Source of the DNA: Mustelus asterias | Lineage: Eukaryota | Assembly: GCF_964213995.1 (NCBI RefSeq) | Contig: NC_135830.1 | Coordinates: 13,640,001-13,704,000, forward strand | Direction: 5' to 3' | Length of the DNA stretch: 64,000 nucleotides | Shown: positions 51,326 through 63,479 of the stretch, one piece after another | Numbering within the stretch: position 1 is the first letter of the stretch | Layout of the letters: each line of letters opens with the position of its first letter | Translations under genes and position numbers: made by a program | Notes under the pieces: generated by a model | The model's database searches: none | The model's input: the letters and a program-made list of their open reading frames with translations, nothing else | Told to the model about the DNA's origin: nothing

Positions 51326-51469
51326 AAGAGGTTAGACTCGTGGACAGTTGCAGCCACAATGGGGACCGGCGCTGTCAGCCGCTCAAACATACACCGAGAC
51401 TAAATCAAATTAGCATTCTATCAAACTGTCACGCACCAGTTTCAGCAGCGGCCGAGAAAACAGGGAGCA

Positions 51470-53970
51470 GAATTGCTAAGCAGATTATGGATAGGTGTGG
51501 GAGTCACAGGGTAGTTGTCATGGGAGACTTTAACTTTCCAAATATTGATTGGAACCTTTGTAGGTCGAATAGTTCGGATGGGGCAGTTTATGTGCAGTGT
51601 GTGCGGGAGGGTTTCCTGACACAATATTTGGATAGGCCGAAGAGGTGGGGCCACATTGGATTTGGTACTGGGAAATGAACCGGGGCGAGTGTTAGATTTG
51701 GTTGTGGGAGAGCAATTTGGAGATAGTAACCACAATTTGGTGTCTTTTGTTATTGCAATGGAGAGGGATAGGGCCCGATGGCAGGGCAAGGTTTATAATT
51801 GGGGGAGTGGTAATTATGATGCGATTAGGCAAGAATTAGGGGGCATAAGATGGGAACAGAAACTGTCAGGGAAAGGCACTAATGAAAAGTGTAACTTTTT
51901 CAAGGAACAAATACTATGTGTCCTTGATAGGTACGTCCCTGTCAGGCAGGGAGGAAATGGCCAAGTGAGGCAACCATGGTTCAAAAAAGAGGTGGAATGT
52001 CTTGTAAAAAGGAAGAGGGAAGCTTGTGTAGGGATGAGGAAACAAGGTTCAGATGGCTTGATTGAGGGTTACAAATTAGCAAGGAATTAGCTGAAAAGGG
52101 GGCTCAGGAGAGTTAGGAGAGGGCATGAGAGGTCCTTGGCGGGTTGGATCAAGGAAAACCCCAAGGCATTTTACTCTTATGTGAGAAGTAAAAGAATGAC
52201 CAGGGTGGGGATAGGGCCGGCCAAGGATAGTAGTGGGAACTCGTGTATGGAGTCAGTAGAGATAGGAGAGGTGATGAATGAATAGTTTTCTTCAGTGTTC
52301 ACCAAGGAGAGAGGCCATGTGTTTGAGGAAGAGAAGGTGTTACAGGCTAATAGGCTGGAGGAAGTAGATGTTCGGAGGGAGGATGTACGAGCAGTTTTGA
52401 ATAAAGTGAACGTCGGTAAGTCCCCTGGGCCTGATGAAATGTATCCCAGGATTCTTTGGGAGGCAACGGATGAGATTGCAGAGAGCCTTTGGCTTTGATG
52501 TTTGGGTCCTCATTGTCCACGGGGGTGGTGCCAGAGGACTGGAGAGTGGCGAATGTTGTTCCTCTGTTTAACAAAGGGAATAGAAATGACCCTGGTAATT
52601 ATAGGCCGGTTAGTCTTACTTCTGTGGTTCCTAAGTTGATGGAAAAGGTCCTTAGGGATGGGATTTACGAACATTTAGAAAGATGCGGATTAATCCGGGA
52701 TAGTCAGCACGGATTCGTGAAGGGCAAGTCGTGCCTCATAAATTTGATAGAATTTTTTGAGGAGGTAACTAAGTGTGTTGATGAAGGTAGGGCAGTTGAT
52801 GTCATATACATGGATTTTAGTAAGGTGTTTGGTAAGGTCCCCCATGGTCGGCGTATGATGAAAGTAAGGAGGTGTGGGATAGAAGGAAAGTTGGCCGATT
52901 GGATAGGTAACTGGCTGTCTGATCGAAGACAGAGGGTGGTGGTGGATGCAAAATTTTCGGACTGGAGGTAGGTTGCTAGCGGAGTGCCACAGGGATCAGT
53001 GCTTGGTCCTCTGCTATTTGTGATTTTTATTAATGACTTAGAGGAGGGGGCTGAAGGGTGAATCAGTAAATTTGCTGATGACACCAAGATTGGTGGAGTA
53101 GTGGTGAGGTGGAGGGCTGTTGTAGACTGCAAAGAGACATAGATGGGATGCAAAGCTGGGCTGAAAAATGGCAGATGGAGTTTAACCCTGATGAATGTGA
53201 GGTGATTCATTTTGGTAGGACAAATTTAAATGTGGATTACAGGGTCAAAGGTAGGGTTCTGAAGACTGTGGAGGAACAGAGAGATCTTGGGGTCCATATC
53301 TACTGATCTCTAAAGGTTGCCACTCAAGTGGATAGAGCTGTGAAGAAGGCCTATAGTGTGTTAGCATTAATTAACAGGGGGTTGGAGTTTAAGAGCCGTG
53401 GGGTTATGCTGCAACTGTACAGGACCTTGGTGAGACCACATTTGGAATACTGTGTGCAGTTCTGGTCACCTCACTATAAGAAGGATGTGGAAGCGCTGGA
53501 AAGAGTGCAAAGGAGATTTACCAGGATGCTGCCTGGTTTGGAGGGTAGGTCGTATGAGGAAAGGTTGAGAGAGCTAGGGCTGTTCTCTCTGGAGCGGAGG
53601 AGGTTGAGGGGAGACTTAATAGAGGTTTATAAAATGATGAAGGTGATAGATAGAGTGAACGTTCAAAGACTATTTTCTCGGGTGGATGGAGCTATTACAA
53701 GGGGGTATGACTGTAGGGTTCATGGTGGGAGATATAGGACGGATGTCCGAGGTAGGTTCCTTACTCAGAGAGTGGTTGGGGTATGGAATGGACTGCCTGC
53801 AGTGATAGTGGAGTCAGACACTTTAGGAACATTTAAGTGGTTATTGGATAGGCCCATGATGCACACCAGGATGATAGGGAGTGGGATAGCTTGATCTTGG
53901 TTTCAGATAAAGCTCGGCACAACATCGTGGGCCGAAGGGCCTGTTCTGTGCTGTGCTGTTCTATGTTCTA
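51470..53970 (+). mobile_element. CR1 LINE (EN end + RT), several stops and frameshifts
   Basis: VVVMGDFNFP, DLVLGNEPG and RT motifs; same subfamily as 39997-41887. Confidence 0.96.
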
Positions 53971-54021
53971 AGTTCTGTAGAATATGATCAGACCGACAGT
54001 TCCATCATCAAATCAGCCTAC

Positions 54022-54335
54022 AGATAGAAAACATAGAATCCCTACCGTGCAGAAGGGGACCATTCGGCCCATCGATCCTCTACGAACAACACTCACACCC
54101 AGGCCCACTCTCAGAACTCCATTCATTTACCCTAGCTGTTCTCCTGACGTTAAGGGCAGCTTACCATGGCCAAACGCGCACATCGTTGGACTATGGCAGG
54201 AAAGAAGAGCACCCAGAAGAAAACCACGCAGATACGGGGAGAACGTGTAAACTCCACACAGACAGTGAGCCAGTTCCGGGATTGCACCCGTTTCCTTGGC
54301 ACTGAGAGGCAGCAGTGCTAACTACTGTGCGACCA
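54022..54335 (-). mobile_element. HE1-type SINE, degenerate
   Basis: Reverse complement of the SINE head, core and tail. Confidence 0.8.
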
Positions 54336-54397
54336 CGAGGCCATAAAGAAATGAAATCATGCAGTCTTCTCTCACCGAACTCAGAAAGTTTTAATAA

Positions 54398-54465
54398 TGT
54401 TTCTGCCCGGTTTCGAAACGGGGACTTTTCGTATGTGAGGCGAATGTGATGACCACTACAGAAGC
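54398..54465 (-). pseudogene. tRNA-Val(CAC) pseudogene
   Basis: Near-canonical with a 5-nt deletion near the 5' end. Confidence 0.85.
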
Positions 54466-54506
54466 TGTTAAAACAGAGAGTTTGCCAACTGCCATTAAGC
54501 TTACAT

Positions 54507-54567
54507 CGAGCTCGCCTGCAATCTTCTGATTCATAGTCAGACGCGTTATCCATTGCAACTCTGGCCC
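54507..54567 (-). pseudogene. tRNA-Arg(ACG)-derived pseudogene
   Basis: GGATAACGCGTCTGACTATGAATCAGAAGATT; T arm partly deleted. Confidence 0.8.
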
Positions 54568-54746
54568 ACATTGAACAAGTCACCTCCCTGCTTCTGATCG
54601 GATGTTAATTCCATAACCTTAGAGCTGGATATTCCGATAAGGTCCACGAGAGATGTTTCTGATCAGCTGTTAATTCCCATGAACTCAGGGCTGAATATTC
54701 AGATGAACTCCGGGCAAGATGTTTCTGACCATCAGACACGGCCCAC

Positions 54747-54843
54747 GGACGTCACTTGGACTTCACAGTGACGTCACATGGCCTGCAGTGTGACGTCACA
54801 TATGCCAGCTTTCTGACGTCACAATACACGATGCTCTGACGTT
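54747..54843. promoter_or_regulatory. Phased array of CRE palindromes
   Basis: TGACGTCA at 54769, 54791 and 54814; near-matches at 54747 and 54837. Confidence 0.6.
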
Positions 54844-54844
54844 G

Positions 54845-55102
54845 GGCGGCACAGTGGTTAGCACTTCTGCCTCACAACGCCAGGGACACGGATTCAATTC
54901 CAGCCTTGGATCACTTCTGTGTGGAGTTTGCACATTCTGCCCGTGTCTGCGTGGGTTCCCTCCGAATGCTTCGGTTTCCTCCCACACTCCAAAGATGTGC
55001 AGGTTAGGTTGATTGGCCATGGTGAATTGTCCCCTCGTACCAGGGGGATTAGCGGGGTAAATATGTGAGGTTACGGGGAGAGGGCCTGGGTGGGACTGTT
55101 GT
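54845..55102 (+). mobile_element. HE1-type SINE, 3'-truncated
   Basis: GGGCGGCACAGTGGTTAGCAC head and core. Confidence 0.85.
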
Positions 55103-55771
55103 CCCACCCGGGTGGTGGTTGTACTATTATTTTCCCCGTTAGCATTCATTGTCGCGCAGTTCCGGCTTGTGAACCGAGGCAACAATGAAAATAGTTCTCA
55201 AGTGTTCCCACTCGACTGTTGTCAGGTGATGTCAACATTATTTATTTAATGAATATTCATGCCATACATATGACGTGGTATAATACATATTCATTTCAAA
55301 TCTGCAATTAAATTTAAGAATTAGAGTTTTGGTTGCATGTGTTTGTGTGTGAGTTCTCCGATGAGTCCTCATTTGAAACTGGGGAACAATCTCTCAGTAT
55401 TCTGTATGTTTCAATACGATTGCCTCACAGTATTCTAAACTGCAGGGACTTTCAGCCAAATTTACACAGCTTCTCATTCCAGGAGATATCTCTCATCACA
55501 GGAACCTACCAAGTGGAGCGTTTCCAATAGAAGGGTCGCCATTTTAAAAAAAACATTGTGGATATCAGAACTGCACCGAATATTTCACACGTGCTCCCAA
55601 CAAAATCCTGTATAAATATAAGTTAGCGTTTTTATTCTTATACAGCAATCTGCTGAAAATAAAGACCAAAATGTCATTTCCCTTCCTATTGTTTGCGGCA
55701 CCACCACGCTATCTTCCTGCGTTCCTTGTACAAACACACCCAAGTCTCTTTCAACTTAAACGCTGATAGCA

Positions 55772-56475
55772 AGGAAAGACGATGAGCTGGTGGTATTATC
55801 GCGAGACTATTAATCCAGAATCTCAACCAATTTTATGGGGCCCCGGTTTTGAATCCTGCCACGGCACGTTGTGGAATTTGTATTCAATAAAAATATCCGG
55901 AATTAAGAATCTACTGAAACCATTGCCGATTGTCGGGAAAAAAAAACATGGAGTTGTGTAATGTGCTTTCGGGAAGGAAATTTGCAGTCCCTTGTCCGGC
56001 CTGGCCGACATTGACTCCAGAGCTGCAGCAAAGTGGTTGACTGTCAACTGTCCAAGGGCAACCAGGATGGGCAATAAATGCTGGCCAGCCAGCGACACAC
56101 ATTTCTAATGAATTAAAAAAGAACTAGGTCACCTTTTCAAACATTGCCTGCTCTTTCTCCGTTTATGAACTAGAGAATATCTTCTTGGGCAACATGATGG
56201 CACTGCTGCCTCACAGCGCCAGGGACCTGGATTCAATTCGTGGCATGGGTCACTGTCTGTCGGAGTCTCCATGTTTTCCCCATGTTCCGTGACTTTCCTG
56301 CGGGTGCTCCTTCTTCCTTCCACAGAGTGAAAGTTGTGCTGGTAGGTGCATTGGCCATGCTAAATTCTCTGTCAATGTACCGAACAGGTGCTGGTCCTGC
56401 CGACGAGGGAATTGTCACAAAAACTTCATTGCGGTGTTAATGTAAGCCTAATTGTGGCACTAATAAATAAACTTT
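55772..56475 (+). mobile_element. Two adjacent SINEs (55772-56120 SacSINE-like; 56187-56475 HE1-related)
   Basis: Similarity to the other copies in the window. Confidence 0.7.
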
Positions 56476-56861
56476 AAATTGTCCAACATTACACTCGACC
56501 TGCTCGAACCACTGAGCTATGGATCCAATTTCTGCGCCAAGTGAGGAGATAGTGTATCATCATCAGTGGGCGTGGAAGAGGTTGAATTTTCAGGTGGGTG
56601 ATATTTGGGTGATATGGAAATATCCGAGATGGAGAACAAGGAGTTAATCGATGCAATTTGAAAGAGGAACAATTTGACATGTTTGTCAGTTGCTTTTGTG
56701 ATAAATGTCTGCCGTGTCATTCTTCTGCAGAATTTATTGCTGTTGTTACATCTCTGATTTTTCCAGCTCTGATACAAATCATCCAGCTGAGGATTACTCT
56801 TATTTCTCCCTTAACAGACACTGTGAGGCGTGTTTCCATTTAATGAAGATTTAAATCATAA

Positions 56862-56930
56862 ATTATTCACAACTTGCCTGGGACTCCAGCGCGGGACATG
56901 GCGCCGAATCCTAACTACGTTACGCCAGGA
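56862..56930 (-). pseudogene. tRNA-Glu remnant
   Basis: GGCGCCGAATCCTAAC..CCAGG. Confidence 0.5.
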
Positions 56931-57642
56931 AAGCTGATATCAGCGATTTGAAATACGTTGACAACCTCTCTGTCTCCGCGGCTTCAGTTCAGGTCACTTT
57001 CGCTACTGATATTGTCAGAGTCATTCTAACATCTTTTCACCAACTGAAGCAAATTATGTCTTCTTCCTTTATGTTCAGATGCGTACAACTCCAGAAACTC
57101 AGTACGTGCTGAGCAAAGTGCTCTGTTTAGTTAACTGTCTGTCACCAATTCCGGGCCATAGCGGTGGAACCACTCGACCACCAGGCTCCACTATCACTGG
57201 CTCAATATTGCCTTGTCCACCATTCCTGATGTCATGTGATCCATTCAGCTTTGTGCTCTATCACAGATGTTATTTGTGTTCCTTCTGCTGAGTGATTCCT
57301 GACTTTGCAATCAGAAAATACTGGGAATACTCATCAGGTCAATTAATGTTGTGACAAACGCGCAAATAATTCCAATTTCAGAATCCCTCTGAAATTAAAA
57401 GCATTTGGAAATGTTTCTGTGAAGGCAAAATACTGTGGATGCTGGAACATGAAACAGAAACAGAAAAATGTTGGAAAAAACTCATCAGGTCTGACCGCAT
57501 CTGTAGAGAGAGATTATAGCCAAAGTTTCGAGTCCGGAGCTCTGACGAAGGGTCATTCAGACTTGAAACGTTGACTCTATTCTCTCAACACATATGCTGT
57601 CAGGTCAGTTCAGATTTTCCAGCATTTTCTGTTTATGATGAA

Positions 57643-57715
57643 AGTATTTATGCCGGGATCGAACCAAAGATTTTCGTGTGTAAAGCGAATGTAAAAGCCA
57701 CTGCACCACAGAAAA
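57643..57715 (-). pseudogene. tRNA-Val pseudogene
   Basis: Paralog of 30604-30676 inside a duplicated block (about 29850-31995 vs 56980-58850). Confidence 0.6.
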
Positions 57716-59627
57716 ATTGTGATACAATTATTCAAGGGTATTTCGTAAAATTAATTCACTGGGCATTTAACGGTGATAAGATTCGATCACATGCTTCACC
57801 TAATATTACTGGATGAATTCACCAATGCTACCAGCATAACTGTTTTGTTGCTGTATCTGGTGTTGCCAGTGAACAGGATGAATGGGGTAGAATTCGGTCA
57901 CATGTTCCATTGAGCCTCCTTCACGATTGAGTCAAGGCAGACCCACAGCCTCAACCTCAATTGCCCAGCTTATCCCGATAGCCCTTCATTCACTTAGATT
58001 CCAACAACTCTCCACCTCAACCTTCAATGTCCTCATCAACTGAAGATCCACAGACCTCTGTGCGGCTACAGAATTGGTGCAAGATGGCGCCGGAGCAAGG
58101 CGACTTCTTGCAAGCTTTGCCCAGCATACCTTCTAACTCCATCTTTTACTCTTGTTCTATGCTTCTACAACTTCATTCCAACTCTTTTGAACTATCTAAC
58201 AATGCTTTAATACAATTTCTCACATCCCAGCTATGACTGTAACACTTTATTCTGCGCTCTCTCCTTTCCTTTCTATGAACGGTATGCTTTGTCTGTGCAG
58301 CGCGCACGAAACAATACTTTTCACTGTATGCTAATATATGTGACAATAATAAGTCAAAGAATTCCAAAGATTCAAAAGCCTTTGAATGAAGAAATGCCTC
58401 CATACCTCAGTCATAAATGGCTGAAACACTATCCAGAAAATGGGAGTCCAGGGTACGTTACTGAGGCACTTTGTGCCACCGTATAACCGTAACATCACTC
58501 ATTTGCCATGCCTAATCCATTTAACCTACATCAGCTGCACCGTGAGTGTGACAGTGGAAGCAGAAAAGCAACAATATGCCAGTGGCGACTTTGCTGAGGG
58601 CATGTTTTCAATAAATAGTGAAGAACAAATTAACATTTTGTCTACTCCAATCCAGTGCATACGCAACAACAATCTCGAATCGGGGAAAATTTAAAAAAAT
58701 ATTAATTTCGATTATGTTTCAACCTTATTTTGAATCGGGTTGCCCATCGTATCCGAAATGAACATGTTAACTCCTACAATCCAGAAACTCTGCTCATGAC
58801 CAATGTGACCGGCCTAGAATATCAAACAGTGCAGTCTGATGGCAATTTAAATCTTTGTTTTGCAGAATTATAATTATGTTGAAAACCTTAGCCATGTGGC
58901 AGAGTCATTGATCTCCGTACGATTCAGAAAATAACATTTGTCCCAAATTTTATCTCTTTCTCAATGACTGCAGTTGCAGAATATTATTCAAGCATTGGGA
59001 AGTGTAAATCCCACATGGCTGTGAGATAATGTGATTCCTTAATATTTAATAACACTTCGAGATGGGACTGCTGCTTTGACAAGGTTTTGTCAGTTTTTTT
59101 GAACACAATAATCAGTGTACCTCAGGAACACAGGTGACACATGGAAGTGTTTAGAATTTGATGCGTGTCCACAGATTCAGCCAAACCTGCTGCGAATTTC
59201 CCCAATCTAATGCTTGTATTATAAATACAGGTTTATTCAGAACACAAAACATACCGCAAGACGGCAGCGATAAATGAAATAGTCCCACAAGCTCGTGTAA
59301 TTTTCAATTTCCAAAAATCACCAAATCACATCATTGTTGAGCCTGTGAAACTTACCTTGTAAAACACGGCAGGCATTCATCTCTCAAAGAACTGAAACGC
59401 CTTAAATGTGAACTATCTGCTCTCAATCTCAGAAATTTCCAATTATAAGAACAGCATTCTGGTGCAAGTTTAACTCAGTCGTCATTCGACTGATCTTTGC
59501 CGACTTGCTGTATATTTACCTCATTGAAAACATTTCAGGTTGGGACAAACAGATTCCTGATCCATCTGAGAAAGAAGAGGAATGGGCAGGAAAATGGAAA
59601 CCCAAGGTCAAACATGGATTAAAGTTT

Positions 59628-61272
59628 CATAGAAACATAGTAAAACTACAGCACAATACCAGCCCTTCAGCCCACAAAGTTGTGCCGAACATGTCCCTAC
59701 CTTAGCGATTACTCGGCTTACCTATAACCCTCTATCTTACTAAGTTCCATGTGCTTATCTAAAAGTCTCTTTAAATACCCTATCGAATCCGCCTCCACCA
59801 CCGTTGCTGGCAGCCCATTCCACGCACCCATCACCCTCTGGGTGAAAAACGTACCTACGAGGGGATCTCTGTACCTACTCCCCAGCACCTTAAACCTGTG
59901 TCCTCTTGTGGCAAACATTTCAGCCCCAGGAAAAGCCTCTGACTGTCCACTCGATCGATACCTCTCAACATCTTATACACCGTTATCAGGTTACCCCTCA
60001 TCCTTTGTCTCTCCAAGGAGAAAAGGCCGAGCTCACTCAACGTATCCTCATAAGGCATGCCCCCAACCCAGGCAACATTGTTGTAAATCTCCTCTGCACC
60101 CTTTCTATGGCTTCCACAAACTTCCTGTAATGAGGCGACCAGAACTGAGTATAGTACTCCAAGTGGTGTCTGACCAGGGTCCTATATAGCTGCAACATTA
60201 TCTCACGACTCCTAAATTCAATTCCTCGATTCATGAAGGCCAGTACACCATACGCCTTCTTCACCACAGCCTCAACCTGCACAGCTGCTTTGAGCGTCCT
60301 ATGTACTCGGACCCCAAGATCCTTCTGATCTTCCACTCTGGCAAGAGTCCAACCATTAATATTATATTCCGCCATCCTATTTGATCTGCCAAAATGAACC
60401 ACCTCACACTTATCTGGGTTGAACTCCATCTGCCATTTCTCTGCCCAGTCTTGCATCCTATCAATGTCTCGCTGCAACTTCTGACATCCCTCCATACTAT
60501 CCACAACACCTCCAACCTTTGTGTCAGCAGCAAACTTACCAACCCATCCCTCCACTTCCTCATCCAGGTCATTTATAAAAATCACAAAGAGGAAGGGTCC
60601 TAGAACAGATCTTTGGGGCATTCCACTGGTGACCGACCTCCATGCAGAATATGACCCATCTATAACTACTCTTTGCCTTCTGTGGGCAAGCCAGTTCTGG
60701 ATCCACAAAGCAATGTCCCCTTGGATTCCATGCCCCCTCACTTTCTCAATAAGCCTTGCGTGGGGCACCTTATCAAATGCCACGCTGAAGTCCATATATA
60801 CTACATCTACTGCTCTTCCTTCATCAATGTTATTAGTCACATCCTCAAAAAATTCAATCAGGCTCGTAAGGCATGATCTGCCTTTGATAAAGCCATGCTG
60901 ACTATTCTTAATCATATTATACCGCTACAAATGTTCATAAATCCTGCCTCTCAGGATCTTCTCCATCAGCTTGCCAACCACTGAGGTTAGACTCTCTGGT
61001 CTATAATTTCCAGGGCAATCTCTACTCCCTTTCTTGAATAAAAGAACAAAATCCGCAATCTTTTCTGCAACCGTGACACTATCTCTGATCAACAGTGCCA
61101 CTCCCGCACCTCTTTTGTCTCCTTCCCTGTCCCTTCTGAAACATTTGAAACCCGGCACTTGAAGTAAACAGTCCTGTCCCTGAGTCATCCAAGTCTCTGT
61201 AATGGCCACCACATCATATTTCCAAGTAGTGATCCACGCTCTAAGCTCATCCATTTTGTTCACAACACTCCT
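59628..61272 (-). mobile_element. CR1 LINE with a large internal deletion (EN N-terminus joined to RT)
   Basis: YDVVAITETW..GVALLIR fused to LFKKG..NYRP; RT motifs; tail. Confidence 0.93.
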
Positions 61273-61320
61273 AAAGTGTTAGATACATACTAAACAATTC
61301 TAAAGTGAACGCCCCGTCCC

Positions 61321-61417
61321 CGTCCCTGGATGGCCTCTTTCTGTGCTGTAGGGTTTCTATGAACCACCAACTTTTCGGTTAACAGCCCAACGCGCTGACC
61401 AATTGCGCCACAGAGAC
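61321..61417 (-). pseudogene. tRNA-Asn(GTT) pseudogene with a 23-nt retro-tail insert in the T loop
   Basis: Near-canonical Asn sequence interrupted at 61338-61360. Confidence 0.88.
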
Positions 61418-61797
61418 TGACACAACTGCAGCCCACATGCCATCCTAAATCAGGGTGTCAGGGTATTGGCTATCAATTCGACGCCAATTCAATCTTCATC
61501 AAACCCGACACAGAAAGACCGTTTACAAATCTAAACATGTATATTTAACTATTTTACCCCACATTGCTGCTGCGGTGTCATGGTTAATCCGTTCTCCTAA
61601 CATGGGAGAAGGGCCGTTTGATAGAGCAGGGAGGGACAGACTGTTCCCACTGACTGGGCTCAGTAACAGAGCACTGGGATTGAAGATCATGAAATGTTTG
61701 CATTTATATAGAACCTATCCCGACCAGTGGACGTCAGAAAGCGCTTTCCAGTCAATGAAGAGCAGTTTTTATTGAAAAAAACTCAATTAAGCGCGGA

Positions 61798-61869
61798 AGG
61801 AGGAATCCGATTTGAATGCAGAAACTTCTTGACCTGCAGTCAAATGATCCACCACTAAGCTGTATTCCC
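61798..61869 (-). pseudogene. tRNA-Cys(GCA) pseudogene
   Basis: AGCTTAGTGGTGGATCATTTGACTGCAGGTCAAG..TTCAAATCGG. Confidence 0.8.
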
Positions 61870-62973
61870 TCAATACCAAACCTCCGTTTTGTCGCCCCTT
61901 TGTCCTCTGCCTCGCGTGGTCTATGCTTATGTTTGCTCCTCTGTTGTTCCGTATCCGAAGAGCGTGAACACGTTTTTTTTAACCATCAAAAGCTCTATTC
62001 ACTTTCTTTATAAACCTTCATGATAAATGTACAGAAGATGGCAAAGGCTTAAAGATGCGAGATGAAATTAACCCTTTCTGTTATTTCTGAGTGGAGAATG
62101 CCTATTGACTGAGTTCCCGTACGTTCCATTGTGAAAGATGATGAAAAATTTTCTTTGATCAACATTTAACCAGACAGCGGATTCACTCGGTGTGATGGTG
62201 GGTTCCAGTTGTATATCTGCGATCACAACATCAATTCATGTCACTCACTCTGAACCGAATATTTCTAATGGGTTGGAAGCCCCAATATTTCTAATACATT
62301 CGATGTTTAATCTAATTTACTTCATTTGATATTTCATTATTTTCATATCAGATCTATTTCCACCAGAGGCAAGTCTTTCTTTCAAAATGTTCTGTTCAGG
62401 TAGAACGTAAGTGACTCCGTCATCCAACGGCAACAAAGATTCCTGTTCGCTGCAGTATGAAAGCGGCAATGAGGTGAAATAGTCACACAAGCTGCTCATG
62501 TGTTACTTTCAATTTGCAAAATCTACCAATTTCATCACTGCGGCTCCTGTGTAATCACTATACAGTACACCCCGTGTTGCCTATTATCCAGCACACGTGT
62601 CTTCTTCAAAGATCTTGTGAATGGTCTCATTCTGTGGTATAAACATTATGTGATATTCTGCTTTCCTCACGCGCAGGCCATGGACAGCAAAGTGCAGACT
62701 CATTTCTCTTTCCTGAATTGTATCCTATCACAGCTGTTTCCTGTTATTATGTTTCCTAGCTCCTGGATTTCACTTGTTTAAAACTTCCTACATTTCCAAA
62801 CATTATCCGTTTAAATGAAAGGTTATGGAGGAGTAAGAAGGGAATCTGTTCCCTCTGCGCACCTGCTGCCTGGCTTCCTGAGTGTTTCCAGCGCTTTCAA
62901 CTTTCACTGCAGCCGGCTGATCAGGCTTAGGTGACAATATCAGTATCTGTCTTTGACTAACGCTCGCAACAGC

Positions 62974-63063
62974 GGCTTGTTGGTCTAGGGGTATGATTCG
63001 GAGTTTCGGTGTCGTGATTTTCAAGGCTGCGAGAGGTCCCGGGTTCAAATTCTGGGTGAACCC
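62974..63063 (+). pseudogene. tRNA-Pro-derived pseudogene with an 18-nt intron-like insert (63010-63027)
   Basis: GGCTTGTTGGTCTAGGGGTATGATT..G[18 nt]TGCGAGAGGTCCCGGGTTCAAAT. Confidence 0.85.
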
Positions 63064-63479
63064 CATTGTTGTTGTTGTTTGTGAAGGCCAAGTCTTGTTC
63101 ATTTCTTTGTCGTGCACACGGCAGGGTGAGTTTACCCGCAGTTTGATTTGAGAACCTGACAATGCAGGGAATCCAACAACACAACGCACTCACAACTAAT
63201 TCAAGACGTTTTCAAAAGTTGACTATGCATGTGGGCATTCTATTTATTCCAAGTAAACGATTCAGAGGGCCCAATGCTTGTGGGTTCCGGACCCTGGTTG
63301 TGCTTACGTTGTTATTAATTCGTATGTTATGGCTGACTACTCAACTCTCCCTCTATGTCTGTCTTCCCTTGCTTCTGTCTATCGACCTCAGTCTCTTTCA
63401 CTCTCTCAATCTCTCTGTGCCTCTATCTCCTTTCCCTATTTTGCTCGTCTTTCCCTCTAAGCTCTCGCTGTCTGTGTAA

